A stretch of 64,000 nucleotides of DNA from positions 65,202 to 129,201 of the forward strand of contig JAWLBL010000026.1 of the NCBI GenBank assembly GCA_041687695.1, written 5' to 3'. Positions within the stretch are counted from its first letter, which is position 1. Each line of letters opens with the position of its first letter. This DNA comes from Myxococcota bacterium (GTDB lineage: Bacteria; Myxococcota_A; UBA9042; PHBI01; JAWLBL01). The notes under the pieces were generated by a model. The model saw only the letters and a program-made list of their open reading frames with translations, did no database searches and was not told the origin of the DNA. Shown here piece by piece: positions 1-9,485 of the stretch. Both the position numbers and the translations under genes were made by a program.

Positions 1-2
1 AC

Positions 3-632
3 CGGCTGCTGATGCCCAAGCCCGAGGTGGCAGGGCGCGCGCTGCTGGCCTTCGCCAACCCGGACGGGTCGCTGCCGGGCGCCCGCAAGGAGCTCGAGCG
101 CGTCACGCGTGGCTCGTTCCCGGACGCCAAGGTGCTGTTCGAGGCGGCGGCCACCGAGGAGCAGCTGCGGACGCTGGCGGGGCGCTACCAGATCGTCCAC
201 TTCGCGACCCACGGGGTCCTGGATCCGGACCCGCTGCGCAGCCACCTGAAGCTGGCCAACGGGCCGTTCACGGTCAGCGACATCGCCGGGCTGACGGAGC
301 TCGAGGGGGTCAACGATCTCGTGGTCCTGTCGGCCTGCCAGACCGCGATGGAGCTGGGCCGGTCGACCGGGGGCGAGGCCATCTCCATCGCCGAGGCCTT
401 CGCGATGGCGGGGGCGCCGCGCCTCGTCGCGAGCCTGTGGGACGTCGACGACGAGGCGACGAGCGAGCTGATGACCGAGTTCTACCGGCGCCTCAAGCGC
501 GGCGACGGCGACACGCTCGAGGCGCTGCGGCAGGCGCAGCTCAAGGTGATGCGCATGGAGCGCGACGGGCTGCTCGCCTTCGAGGAGCCGCAGTTCTGGG
601 CGGCCTTCGCGCTCATCGGCGACTATCGCTGA
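3..632 (+). CDS. CHAT (caspase HetF-associated) domain protein, C-terminal part; 5' end lies outside the window
   Basis: HFATHG and VVLSACQT catalytic His/Cys motifs, plus ASLWDVDD and FWAAFALIG; the frame is open back to the window edge. Confidence 0.9.
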   Translation, partial: RLLMPKPEVAGRALLAFANPDGSLPGARKELERVTRGSFPDAKVLFEAAATEEQLRTLAGRYQIVHFATHGVLDPDPLRSHLKLANGPFTVSDIAGLTELEGVNDLVVLSACQTAMELGRSTGGEAISIAEAFAMAGAPRLVASLWDVDDEATSELMTEFYRRLKRGDGDTLEALRQAQLKVMRMERDGLLAFEEPQFWAAFALIGDYR

Positions 633-1707
633 GCGGGGCGAGCGTCTCGAGGGCCGCCTCGATCTCGTCGCGGAAGCGCGCGGGCGAGGCGGCGCCCTCG
701 ATGATGCGGCCGTTGAGGAAGAACGTCGGCAGCGCCCGGACGCCAGCGGCGGCTCCGGCCTCGATGTCGGTCTCGACGCGCCAGGCCATGCGGCGCGTGT
801 CGAGGCAGTCGTCGAAGCGCTTGCGGTCGAGGCCGCGGAGCTTGCGGGCCAGGGCGCGGACGTCCTCGATGGCCAGGTCGCCGGAGTGGGCGTACAGGTG
901 GTCGTGCATCGGCCAGAAGAGGTCCTGCTCCTCGGCGCAGGCCGAGGCGTGGGCGGCCTCGACGGCGCCCGTGACGCCGTCGCGCGGATAGTAGCGGTAG
1001 ACGACGCGGAGGTCGGCCGGCCAGACGCGCACCAGACGCGAGACGGTCTCGGCGGCGCGCTTGCAGAAGCGGCAGGTGTAGTCGCCGAAGACGACCAGGG
1101 TGATGGGCGCCGAGCCGGGCCCCAGGGTCGGGGCGCCCAGGCGCGGCGGGGCGTCTTCGCGAGGGCCGCCGGCGGCGGGGACCGGCGGGGCTGGGGCCGG
1201 CTGGGCGACGGCGGTCTGGGCGGCGGCGTGGGCCGGGCGGCGGTCGTAGACGACGACGTCGCCTCGCTCGGCGAGGCGGGCGACCAGGGCGTCGCGGGCC
1301 TCGCCGCGGCGGGCGGCGAGCCAGTCGCGCTCGACGTCCTTGCGCGCGGCCTTGAAGGAGCGCCCGGCGTACAGGGCGCGGTGGTCGCGGAACTGGTCGC
1401 GCAGCTCGCGCAGGGTAGGGCTGCGGAGGGTGCGACCGAGCTCGGCGTCGACGAGGTCGGTGACGGACGGGAGGTCGCGGCGCTCGGCCTCCTGGCGGAG
1501 GAGCTCGGCGGCGACGTAGGCGTCGAGGAGGCCGAGCTCGGACTCGGCGAGGAGGATGGGGTGGCCGTTGACGGTGGCGGCGACGCTGCGCCCCTCGCGG
1601 GCGGCGAGGTCCTCGCGGACGCTGGCGGGCAGGCCGGCGGTGCATGCGGCGAGGGACAGGATCGTGGCGAGCAGCGTCCACCGCAGCGCGTTCCTGAGGG
1701 GGGGCAT
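613..1707 (-). CDS. DsbA-family thioredoxin-fold lipoprotein
   Basis: Lipobox LAAC; FGDYTCRFC (CxxC); GVRALPTFFLNG cis-Pro loop. Confidence 0.85.
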   Translation of the reverse strand: MPPLRNALRWTLLATILSLAACTAGLPASVREDLAAREGRSVAATVNGHPILLAESELGLLDAYVAAELLRQEAERRDLPSVTDLVDAELGRTLRSPTLRELRDQFRDHRALYAGRSFKAARKDVERDWLAARRGEARDALVARLAERGDVVVYDRRPAHAAAQTAVAQPAPAPPVPAAGGPREDAPPRLGAPTLGPGSAPITLVVFGDYTCRFCKRAAETVSRLVRVWPADLRVVYRYYPRDGVTGAVEAAHASACAEEQDLFWPMHDHLYAHSGDLAIEDVRALARKLRGLDRKRFDDCLDTRRMAWRVETDIEAGAAAGVRALPTFFLNGRIIEGAASPARFRDEIEAALETLAPLSDSRR

Positions 1708-1800
1708 CAGGACGACTCCGGGTCTCGCTGGGGAGGGAAGGGGACGCGTCTAACAACGCGGGGGCGGCGGCGAACATGCCCTGGCGCCCCTGCGCGGGGG

Positions 1801-2340
1801 TCAGCCCGAGGTGATGACCACCGCGACGGCGGCGGCTTCGGTGCGCCCGGCGGCGTCGGTGACGCGGCACGAGAGCGTGGCCGGCTGGCCGTACAGGTCG
1901 TCGACGGGCGCGCCCTCGTTCGGCGGCGCGTGGTAGACCGGGATGGGGTAGTACTGGACCTCGAGCCGCGAGCCGTCGTCGAGCGCCGGGAAGAAGCGGG
2001 TCTTGCCGGTGGCGCGCCCGACGACCTCGCCGCCGTCGGTGGTCAGCTCACAGGCCACGGTGGCGAAGGCGTCGATGCCCTTCATGCGGATGGTCGGCAT
2101 GGTCCAGGTGCCGCCCTGCAGGCCCCAGACGACCACGCACGGGTCGCCGGGCGCCAGCGGGTCGAACGCGTCGCCCTCGGTGAAGCCGAGCGTGACCTCG
2201 GCCGGGCCGGAGGGGGGCGGGGCGTCGGGGGCGTCGGCGAGGACGACGTCGGGGTCGACGTACAGGGGGTCGACGGGCGGGCAGGCCGGGGCCAGCGCCA
2301 GGGAGAGGGTCAGGGTGAGGAGGGGGACGAGGCGGTGCAC
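1801..2340 (-). CDS. Putative lipoprotein, paralogue of 3854..4366
   Basis: GTG start, hydrophobic signal ending in LAPAC; F-x-PL..G...GLQGG-W motif shared with 3854..4366. Confidence 0.65.
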   Translation of the reverse strand: MHRLVPLLTLTLSLALAPACPPVDPLYVDPDVVLADAPDAPPPSGPAEVTLGFTEGDAFDPLAPGDPCVVVWGLQGGTWTMPTIRMKGIDAFATVACELTTDGGEVVGRATGKTRFFPALDDGSRLEVQYYPIPVYHAPPNEGAPVDDLYGQPATLSCRVTDAAGRTEAAAVAVVITSG

Positions 2341-2484
2341 GGGGAGCAAGCTAGCGACAGCGGCGCGGCGAGGGCAAGGGGGCGGCGGCGGCGAAGGGGC
2401 GAGGAGGCTGCAGGGGCGGGCACGAGGGTTGACACGGGGATGCACTTTCTGGTCTTCCGAGCGCTCCAGGGAGAGAGGTGGGTG

Positions 2485-3870
2485 ATGGCGAGTCGAGCGG
2501 CTTGGGTCGGGTTGGTGGTGTTGGCGCTGGGGACGGCTGCGTGCGGGGACGACGCGGCGGAGGCCGGTCCGGGGGACGCGATCGGCGACGTGGATCCGGG
2601 CGAGGACGGCGGCGGCGACGTCGGCGAGCAGCCGGACGCGGACAAGGGCGACCAGGACGCGGTGGGCGGCGAGGACGGCGAGGACGGCGGGGGAGACTCC
2701 GGGCCGGCGCCCGAGTGCCCGGCGCCCGACGGCGAGCGGCCGTCGCGGGTGAGCGAGCACGCGGGTGTGTACGACGCGGCGCGCGATCGGGTGGTCGTCT
2801 TCGGGGGCAGCTTCGCCGTGCCGGAGAACTGCGGGTTTCCGACGCCCACCTTCGAGACGGAGACGTGGATCTACGACGTCGCGTGCGATCACTGGCGGGT
2901 CGTCGACCAGGCGGGTGGGCCGCAGGGGCGGGCGCGGCACGCGGCGGCGTACGACAGCCAGCGGGGGCGGATGATCGTCTTCGGCGGGCGGTGGCGGGCC
3001 GGCGCGTCGGGCAACTACACGCTGCTCGGGGACACCTGGGCCTTCGATCTGGCGACCGAGACGTGGAGCGAGCTGCCGACGACGAGCGGCCCGGCGGCGC
3101 GCGTGAACCATGCGATGGTCTACGACCCCCAAGGCGACCGAGTCCTGGTGTTCGGAGGGAACACCAGCGCGTCGGGGCTGGCGATCACGGCCAAGAAGGA
3201 CGTCTGGGCGTTGGAGCTGGCGACGGGGACGTGGACCGAGATCGCCACGGCGTCGGGGCCGGCGCCGCGGCTATGGCACACCGCCGTCTGGGATCCCGCG
3301 CGGCACCGCATGGTGGTCTATGGGGGCGGGGACGAGACGGCTTTCAACAACACGGCCAAGTACTTCGACGACCTGTGGGCGCTCGAGGTCTCGGGCACGC
3401 AGGGCACCTGGACGCGGCTGGACACCGGCTCGGTGACCCGTCCGGCCGGCCGGTTCTGGGCCGGGCTGGTCTACGACGCCGACGGCGACCGGTACGTCCT
3501 GTTCGGGGGCCACGACGACGGCAACCTTGGCAATCGCAACGATCTCCACGCCTTCGATCCCGAGGCCGGCGGCTGGGCGACCCTGCGGGTGGCCGACACC
3601 TGGAACAAGCCCGCGACCGGGTTCTGCGCCTTCCCGCCGGACTTCACGAACGTGGACATGGACTCGCCCGAGCGGCGCAACGCGCACGTCTTCGTGGGAG
3701 GCGAGGCGGGGCGGGCCTTCGCGATGGGCGGCAAGACCGACTGCGGCGTCACCGACGACCTGATGGCGCTGGAGCTGGAGACGGCGACCTGGACCGAGCT
3801 GACGACCGCGACGGTGGGGGTGAGCTGCCTTCGCCGCGGGGGGCTGAGCTGCAATGACCTCTGCCTGTAG
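2485..3870 (+). CDS. Kelch-repeat beta-propeller lipoprotein
   Basis: Signal with lipobox TAAC, acidic linker, repeated R-x-x-H...YD...FGG...W kelch motifs. Confidence 0.85.
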   Translation: MASRAAWVGLVVLALGTAACGDDAAEAGPGDAIGDVDPGEDGGGDVGEQPDADKGDQDAVGGEDGEDGGGDSGPAPECPAPDGERPSRVSEHAGVYDAARDRVVVFGGSFAVPENCGFPTPTFETETWIYDVACDHWRVVDQAGGPQGRARHAAAYDSQRGRMIVFGGRWRAGASGNYTLLGDTWAFDLATETWSELPTTSGPAARVNHAMVYDPQGDRVLVFGGNTSASGLAITAKKDVWALELATGTWTEIATASGPAPRLWHTAVWDPARHRMVVYGGGDETAFNNTAKYFDDLWALEVSGTQGTWTRLDTGSVTRPAGRFWAGLVYDADGDRYVLFGGHDDGNLGNRNDLHAFDPEAGGWATLRVADTWNKPATGFCAFPPDFTNVDMDSPERRNAHVFVGGEAGRAFAMGGKTDCGVTDDLMALELETATWTELTTATVGVSCLRRGGLSCNDLCL

Positions 3871-4366
3871 GCACCTGCTGCTGGCGCTGCTGATCGCGCT
3901 GGCCGGCTGCGAGGGCGAGGGCGCGGCGCCGGCCGACGAGGTCTCGGACGACGCCAAGGGCGACGCCGCCGTCCAGGAGACCTTCGTCCTGGGCGTGAAC
4001 GTGACCGGCGAGAACAAGCCCGCCTTCTTCACGCCCCTGCCCGAAGGGGCGGACCTGACGGTCGAGTACGGCCCGCAGGGCCTGTGGATGGTGGTCCTGG
4101 CGTTCAAGACGCGGGACGTGTTCACCGGGCGCCTTCACCTGTTGGCCGAGATCCGCGCGGACGGCAAGCAGCTGGGCCTGTTGGAGATGGGCAAGCAGAA
4201 GCTGGTCCCGGGTGGCGACGGCTGGGACTACTACTACAACCTCTTCCTGGTCGTGGAAGGCGCCGATCTCGACGGCCAGGCCGCCGAGATCACCCTGCAG
4301 GTCGAGGACGAGGCCGGCGCGAAGGTGGCGCTGGCCCACCCGGTCGTGCTGCGCGGCGGCCCCTGA
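3854..4366 (+). CDS. Putative lipoprotein, paralogue of 1801..2340
   Basis: Lipobox LAGC; YGPQGLW motif; overlaps the end of the kelch gene. Confidence 0.75.
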   Translation: MTSACRHLLLALLIALAGCEGEGAAPADEVSDDAKGDAAVQETFVLGVNVTGENKPAFFTPLPEGADLTVEYGPQGLWMVVLAFKTRDVFTGRLHLLAEIRADGKQLGLLEMGKQKLVPGGDGWDYYYNLFLVVEGADLDGQAAEITLQVEDEAGAKVALAHPVVLRGGP

Positions 4367-4390
4367 GGGCGGCACGCGAGGCGAGGCCTC

Positions 4391-5842
4391 CTAGAGGCCC
4401 CCGCGCTCGCAAGCCAGCAGGCGCTGGTAGGCCTGCCAGTCGGCGCCGCCGCGCTGCTTCAAGCGGCCGGCCAGGACGCGGTTGTCCAGGGCGCGGACGA
4501 GGCGATGGAGCGGCGCCGCCTTGCGCTCGAGGTCGTCGGCCTCGAGGCGCGCGCGGCCCACGTCGTTCACGGCCGCGCGGTACTCGGCGTACAGCTTGGA
4601 CTGGGCGAGGTGCCGCTCTATGTCGGCGCGCTCGGCCGTGAGGGTCGCGTGGAAGTCGGGGTGCCACGGGTCGTCGAGGACCGGCCAGCGGGCCAGCAGC
4701 TCGGCCGCCAGGCGGTAGTAGGCGCCTTGCTCGATGCGGCCGCGCTCGTCGATGCGGCGCTGGGCGCGGGCGATCTGCCCGTCGAGCGCCGCCAGCTGCG
4801 CCCGCGCGGCGTCGGGGCGCCCCGTCAGGCCCAGCTCGCGCGACAGCGCCTCGACGACGGCGTCCTCCTCGGGCAGCGCCACGGCCGCCGAGGCGCCCGA
4901 GCCCGGCGCGACCTGCCGCAGCCAGCGCTCGGAGGTCGTGGTGGGGACGTCGATGGATTTGGACGCGACCCGGACGCGCGTGTGGGCCTCGAGCAGCGAG
5001 ATCCGGCCGTCTCCGTCCAGGTCGAGCGCCTCGGTGGGCAGCGGCTGGCCGGCCTGGTCGCGCCCGCGCAGCGCGTTGAGGAAGACCAACCCGTAGCCGC
5101 GCTCGCGCGCCTCGGGGTCGGCGTCGCAGCCGGAGGCCTCGCGGTCCCAGAGGGTCGAGAAGAAGCCGCAGCGGTCGCCCTTGGGCGCGCCGCGGGACGG
5201 GTCGGCGCCCGTGAAGGCCAGCTCGGCGAAGCCCCCGGAGTAACACGAGGTCACCACCGCGCGGACCGTCCGGCCCGGCGGTGCCTGGTCGAGCGCCTGC
5301 GCCAGGTCCCCGGCCTCGAGCGACCACCCGCCCCACAGGGCGACGGCGTTGTCGCGCGGGGTCTTGCCCTTCTGGCCGTGGGCCGCGAAGTACAGGGTCA
5401 GCGGGTCGGTGCCCTGCCGCAGGGCGGCGCGGATGTGGTCGAGGGTGCCGGCGGCGGTCGCCGCGTCCTGCGGGCGCAGGCGGGTCGCGCGGTAGCGGGC
5501 GTCGCGGCCGCCGCGCGGGTCGAAGAGATCGGCCAGCTGGCGCAGCAGCCGGTCGCCGCGGTCGGCGCGATCGAGCACCTGGACCCCGTGGCTGTCGGGG
5601 CCGCCCGCGAAGAGCAGGCGCCCGCCGGGGCCGAAGACCTCTTGCGCGAGGCCCAGGTCGGCCTCGAGCGAGACCTGGTTGTACTCGGGGCTGGTGCCGC
5701 CGCCGGCGGCGATCCAGCGCACCGGGCCGGTCGGCGGGGCGGGCGCGGCGAGGGCCGTACCCAGGGCGGCGAGCCCGGCGGCGGCCCCGACGAGGGCGAT
5801 CTTGAAGGCGGGGCGGCGACGACGGATCGGGTGCGTGACCAT
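4391..5842 (-). CDS. Secreted clan CD (C13/caspase-like) cysteine peptidase-domain protein with C-terminal coiled coil
   Basis: LYFAAHG and VVTSCYSGGF His/Cys dyad motifs; DLDGDGRISLLE EF-hand-like loop; N-terminal hydrophobic signal. Confidence 0.7.
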   Translation of the reverse strand: MVTHPIRRRRPAFKIALVGAAAGLAALGTALAAPAPPTGPVRWIAAGGGTSPEYNQVSLEADLGLAQEVFGPGGRLLFAGGPDSHGVQVLDRADRGDRLLRQLADLFDPRGGRDARYRATRLRPQDAATAAGTLDHIRAALRQGTDPLTLYFAAHGQKGKTPRDNAVALWGGWSLEAGDLAQALDQAPPGRTVRAVVTSCYSGGFAELAFTGADPSRGAPKGDRCGFFSTLWDREASGCDADPEARERGYGLVFLNALRGRDQAGQPLPTEALDLDGDGRISLLEAHTRVRVASKSIDVPTTTSERWLRQVAPGSGASAAVALPEEDAVVEALSRELGLTGRPDAARAQLAALDGQIARAQRRIDERGRIEQGAYYRLAAELLARWPVLDDPWHPDFHATLTAERADIERHLAQSKLYAEYRAAVNDVGRARLEADDLERKAAPLHRLVRALDNRVLAGRLKQRGGADWQAYQRLLACERGGL

Positions 5843-5958
5843 GCGGCGGGAGTACCACGGCGTGCGTGTGGGGCCAACTTCGCGGAACGATGTGAGTTTT
5901 TGACCATGGTCGGCCGCGCGGCTGGCGCGACTGCGCGCTGCGTGGATGATGGCCGGCG

Positions 5959-6909
5959 ATGCCCGCGCCGCCTCGCCCCAAGCCCTGGTTCCTGGTCGTC
6001 CGCGCCCTGATCGGGCTGGGCGCGCTGGCGACCGTCATGGGCTTTGCGGGGACCTGGGGGTGGTCGTTCGAGCTGGCGAGCCACTTTCGGCCGCAGTACG
6101 CGCTGGGGCTGGCGGTCTGCGCCGGGTTGGCCGCGCTGGCGCGGCGCTTCGGGGCCGCGGCCGTGGCGGCGGCGGCGGCGCTGGTGAACCTGGCGCTGCT
6201 CTCGCCCAGCTGGTTCGGAGCGCCCGAGGCGACGCCGGGGCCCCAGCGGCTGAAGCTGCTGATCGCCAATGTCCAGCTGGGTAACCCGGACCCGGCGCGG
6301 CTCGTGGCGCTGGTCGAGGCCGAGCGGCCCGATGTCGTCGGGCTGCTGGAGCTGGGCCCCGATTGGGCCGACGCCCTGGACCGGCCGCTGGCGGGCTTGC
6401 CGCATCGCCGCGTGTTGCCGCGCGACGACCGCTTCGGCATCGCGGTCTACAGCCGGCGCCCGATCGAGGTCACGCCGCACGAGGGCGACCACACGCCGGT
6501 CCTGTGGGCCCGCGTCCCCCTGGGCGACCAGGCCGTCAACCTGGCCGTCGTCCACGTCTACCCGCCCATGACCCCCCAGCTGGCCGGCTGGCGGGACGAG
6601 CAGCTGCTGGCCATCGCCCGCGAGGCCGCCGCCCGGCCCGAGCCCACGGTCGTGTGCGGCGATCTCAACGCGACGCCCTGGTCGCCCATCTTCGACCGCG
6701 TGCTCGAGGTCGGCGGGCTGGCCGACACGCGGCGCGGCTTCGGCGTCCAGGCCTCGTGGCCCTCTCCGCTGGGGCCGCTGGGCATCCCCATCGACCACTG
6801 CCTGACGACCGCGGGGCTGGTCGCGGTGGACCGGCGGATCGGCCCGGCGTTGGGCTCGGACCACCGGCCCGTCATCGTGACCCTGGCGCGCGCGGCCGCG
6901 TCGCCTTGA
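5959..6909 (+). CDS. Endonuclease/exonuclease/phosphatase-family membrane protein
   Basis: N-terminal TM helices; LLIANV, GLLE, GDLNATPWS, IDH and GSDH motifs. Confidence 0.88.
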   Translation: MPAPPRPKPWFLVVRALIGLGALATVMGFAGTWGWSFELASHFRPQYALGLAVCAGLAALARRFGAAAVAAAAALVNLALLSPSWFGAPEATPGPQRLKLLIANVQLGNPDPARLVALVEAERPDVVGLLELGPDWADALDRPLAGLPHRRVLPRDDRFGIAVYSRRPIEVTPHEGDHTPVLWARVPLGDQAVNLAVVHVYPPMTPQLAGWRDEQLLAIAREAAARPEPTVVCGDLNATPWSPIFDRVLEVGGLADTRRGFGVQASWPSPLGPLGIPIDHCLTTAGLVAVDRRIGPALGSDHRPVIVTLARAAASP

Positions 6910-6963
6910 CCACCCCTCGCTCGGCGACTCCTGTTTCGACAGGACCGGGCAAGGGGGGCCGTC

Positions 6964-7416
6964 ATGAAGGTGGGGGAGATCTGCAATCGGCGCGTCGTGT
7001 TCGCGCGGCGCCACGAGTCGGTGACGCAGGCCGCCGAGCGGATGCGCGAGCACCACGTGGGCAACCTGATCGTGGTCGACGAGGGCGGCGAGGGGCGGGT
7101 GCCCATCGGCATCCTGACCGACCGCGACATCGTCGTCGGGGTGGTCGCGCGGTCGCCCGAGCGGCTGGAGGCGCTGACGGTCGGGGACGTGATGACCGAC
7201 GAGCTGGTGACGGCGCTGGCGGACGCGTCCGTGTACGACACGCTGATGGACATGCGGAAGCACGGCGTGCGGCGCATCCCGGTGGTCGACCGCGAGGACG
7301 AGCTCATCGGCATCCTGGCCTTCGACGACGTGGTCGAGTACCTGGCCGAGGAGCTGGGCAAGCTGGCCGACATCGTGCGGCGCGAACGGCGGCGCGAGGA
7401 AGAGCGGCGGCCCTAG
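6964..7416 (+). CDS. CBS-domain protein
   Basis: Two CBS repeats (GILTDRDIV; GVRRIPVVD...GIL). Confidence 0.92.
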   Translation: MKVGEICNRRVVFARRHESVTQAAERMREHHVGNLIVVDEGGEGRVPIGILTDRDIVVGVVARSPERLEALTVGDVMTDELVTALADASVYDTLMDMRKHGVRRIPVVDREDELIGILAFDDVVEYLAEELGKLADIVRRERRREEERRP

Positions 7417-7417
7417 C

Positions 7418-7581
7418 GAGGCTGTAGTGAATAAGCTGATTCGCCGGCTCCGGCCGATCTTGGGCAGCTCCGGCCCCGAGAGACGCTGCGGCGAACCGCC
7501 CGGTTCACCTCGGTCTCTCGGAACCGGATCTGCTCCAACCTCGGCTCGGATCCGACAAATCCCATTATTCACCACAGCCTC
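7418..7581. mobile_element. Miniature inverted-repeat transposable element (MITE), 164 bp
   Basis: 17-bp terminal inverted repeats GAGGCTGTAGTGAATAA (7418-7434) and TTATTCACCACAGCCTC (7565-7581), 16/17 match; flanking direct repeat CTAGC (7413-7417, 7582-7586); no ORF. Confidence 0.8.
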
Positions 7582-7634
7582 CTAGCGAAGCGCCCGTGTG
7601 CTACAACATCGCGACGACCGGGAGGGCGCGCGCG

Positions 7635-9485
7635 ATGGGGCGACAGTGGGTGGCGGCGCTTTGGTGGGTGGCGATGGGCTGCGGCGGCGTGGGCGGCGAG
7701 GCGCCGGTCGAGGACGCGGCGGCCGACGTGGACGCCAAAGACGACCCCGAGGTCGGCGTCGACGCGGGAGTCGACGCCGACCCGGCCGACCTGTCCGAGG
7801 CCGAGGTGGACGCGGCGCCGGTCGACCCCGAGGCGCTGGCCGCCTGCGAGCAGGCCTGCGGCAAGCTGACGGGCTGCGCGCGGCTGACGCCCGAGGCCTG
7901 CGTCGACGGGTGCCTGGCCGCCGACGCGGACGGCTGCGGGCGCAAGTGCCTGGAGCTGTCCTGGTCGTGCGAGCTGGTCGAGGCCTGCCTGGGCGTCTCG
8001 GCGCCCGTGACGCCGCTGGCGCCCGGACCGTACGGCAAGGCTTGGCGTGAACTGGCCGGGCCCGTGACGCTGCCCACCACCGAGGGCGAGTGGCGGCTCG
8101 AGGAGCACTGGAACGGCGAGGACAGCTTCGTCTTCCTGATGTTCTCGGGCGGCTTCGACTTCGCCGAGCAGCTGTGGTCGTCGGATCTGAAGACCTGGCT
8201 GACCAACTCGCCGCCGAACGTGCACTACTTCTTCTTGTCCTACCTGGACCAGGACGGGCAGGACCGGGCGGCCGAGAACGTGGCCGCGATGAAGGCGCGG
8301 GTCGACGCGGCGCTGGACAAGGTCCACAAGCGCTGCCAGTGGCAGGGGCGGCTGCACTACGTGCCGGTCGAGGCGCGCACGGTCGGCGGCTGGGTCGGCG
8401 AGATGCTGCAGGGCTCGGGCACGCTGGCCTTCGCCATCGACCCGGCGCAGCGGATCCGGCAGGTCGGCATGCTGCACTCGATGGTCGCGAACGCGCCGCA
8501 GCTGAGCCACCTGAACTACGAGCTGGCGCACTACGCGTTCGAGCGGCAGCGGGCGGCGGCGCTGGCGGCGCGCGAGGCCGAGGCGCCGGTGACCGAGGTG
8601 GTGCTGACCCAGGGCGTGACCGTGCACGACGCCGTGCTCGAGGTGGCGCTGCCCTCGGCCGAGGCCATGGCCGGGTTCGACACGCTGGAGATCGATCTGG
8701 GCGCCTGGTGCCCCGGCCACGACGACGCCAACTGCGGCGAGTGGGACTACCTGTCGCACCTTTGGGTGTGCGAGGCCGGGTCGCCGCCCGAGGCGCCGTG
8801 CGAGCAGGAGGTCGCGCGCTGGATCACGACCTACCGCCGAGAGGGCCGCTGGGTGACCGACATCACGCCGATGCTCGCCACCCTGCGCGAGGGCGGGGCG
8901 CGCCGCTTCCGGTTCGCGGCGGGCAACCCCATCGAGGCCGATCTGCGGCTGCGGCTGTCGAACCGCGGCGTCGGCGCGCGGCCGGCGCAGCGGGTGCCGC
9001 TGTTCCAGGGCGGGGCCTTCGACGCCGGCTACAACGCCAAGTACGCGCCGCGGATGGTCGACGTGCCCGCGTGGGCGACCCGGGCCGAGCTGGTCGCGCT
9101 GGTGACCGGCCACGGCTTCGGCGTCGAGGTCGCCAACTGCGCCGAGTTCTGCAACCACACCCACCACTGGACCCTGGACGGCCACGAGGTGGTCGAGACC
9201 CACGACGACGCCGGCACGACCTACGGGTGCGCGAACCGGGTGAGCGACGGGGTGGTGCCCAACCAGTACGGGACCTGGACCCTGGGCCGCGGCGGCTGGT
9301 GCCCCGGGCAGGACGTCGCGCCGTTCGTGGTGGACGTCACGGCGCACGTGACGCCCGGCGCGGCGGTCGAGGTGACCTACCAGGGGCTGTTCCAGGGGCA
9401 GGACTACGTGCCCGTGCCCGGCGGCAGCGGCGACGGCTTCCCCGGCAACATCCGGATGGAGTCGTTCCTGGTCTTCTACGAGTAG
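7635..9485 (+). CDS. Peptide-N-glycosidase F-related lipoprotein
   Basis: RBS GGAGGG and lipobox-like AMGC; C-terminal PNGase F-like motifs CGEWDY, RWITTY, TGHG, CAEFC, GRGGWCPG. Confidence 0.8.
   Translation: MGRQWVAALWWVAMGCGGVGGEAPVEDAAADVDAKDDPEVGVDAGVDADPADLSEAEVDAAPVDPEALAACEQACGKLTGCARLTPEACVDGCLAADADGCGRKCLELSWSCELVEACLGVSAPVTPLAPGPYGKAWRELAGPVTLPTTEGEWRLEEHWNGEDSFVFLMFSGGFDFAEQLWSSDLKTWLTNSPPNVHYFFLSYLDQDGQDRAAENVAAMKARVDAALDKVHKRCQWQGRLHYVPVEARTVGGWVGEMLQGSGTLAFAIDPAQRIRQVGMLHSMVANAPQLSHLNYELAHYAFERQRAAALAAREAEAPVTEVVLTQGVTVHDAVLEVALPSAEAMAGFDTLEIDLGAWCPGHDDANCGEWDYLSHLWVCEAGSPPEAPCEQEVARWITTYRREGRWVTDITPMLATLREGGARRFRFAAGNPIEADLRLRLSNRGVGARPAQRVPLFQGGAFDAGYNAKYAPRMVDVPAWATRAELVALVTGHGFGVEVANCAEFCNHTHHWTLDGHEVVETHDDAGTTYGCANRVSDGVVPNQYGTWTLGRGGWCPGQDVAPFVVDVTAHVTPGAAVEVTYQGLFQGQDYVPVPGGSGDGFPGNIRMESFLVFYE

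Noticed and set aside
886..2484. N-terminal extensions of track ORFs (886..3870, 32347..37491, 9486..11981, 54227..56809, 18896..22204 and others)
   Set aside because: They overlap other real genes; internal starts with signal peptides or family N-termini fit better
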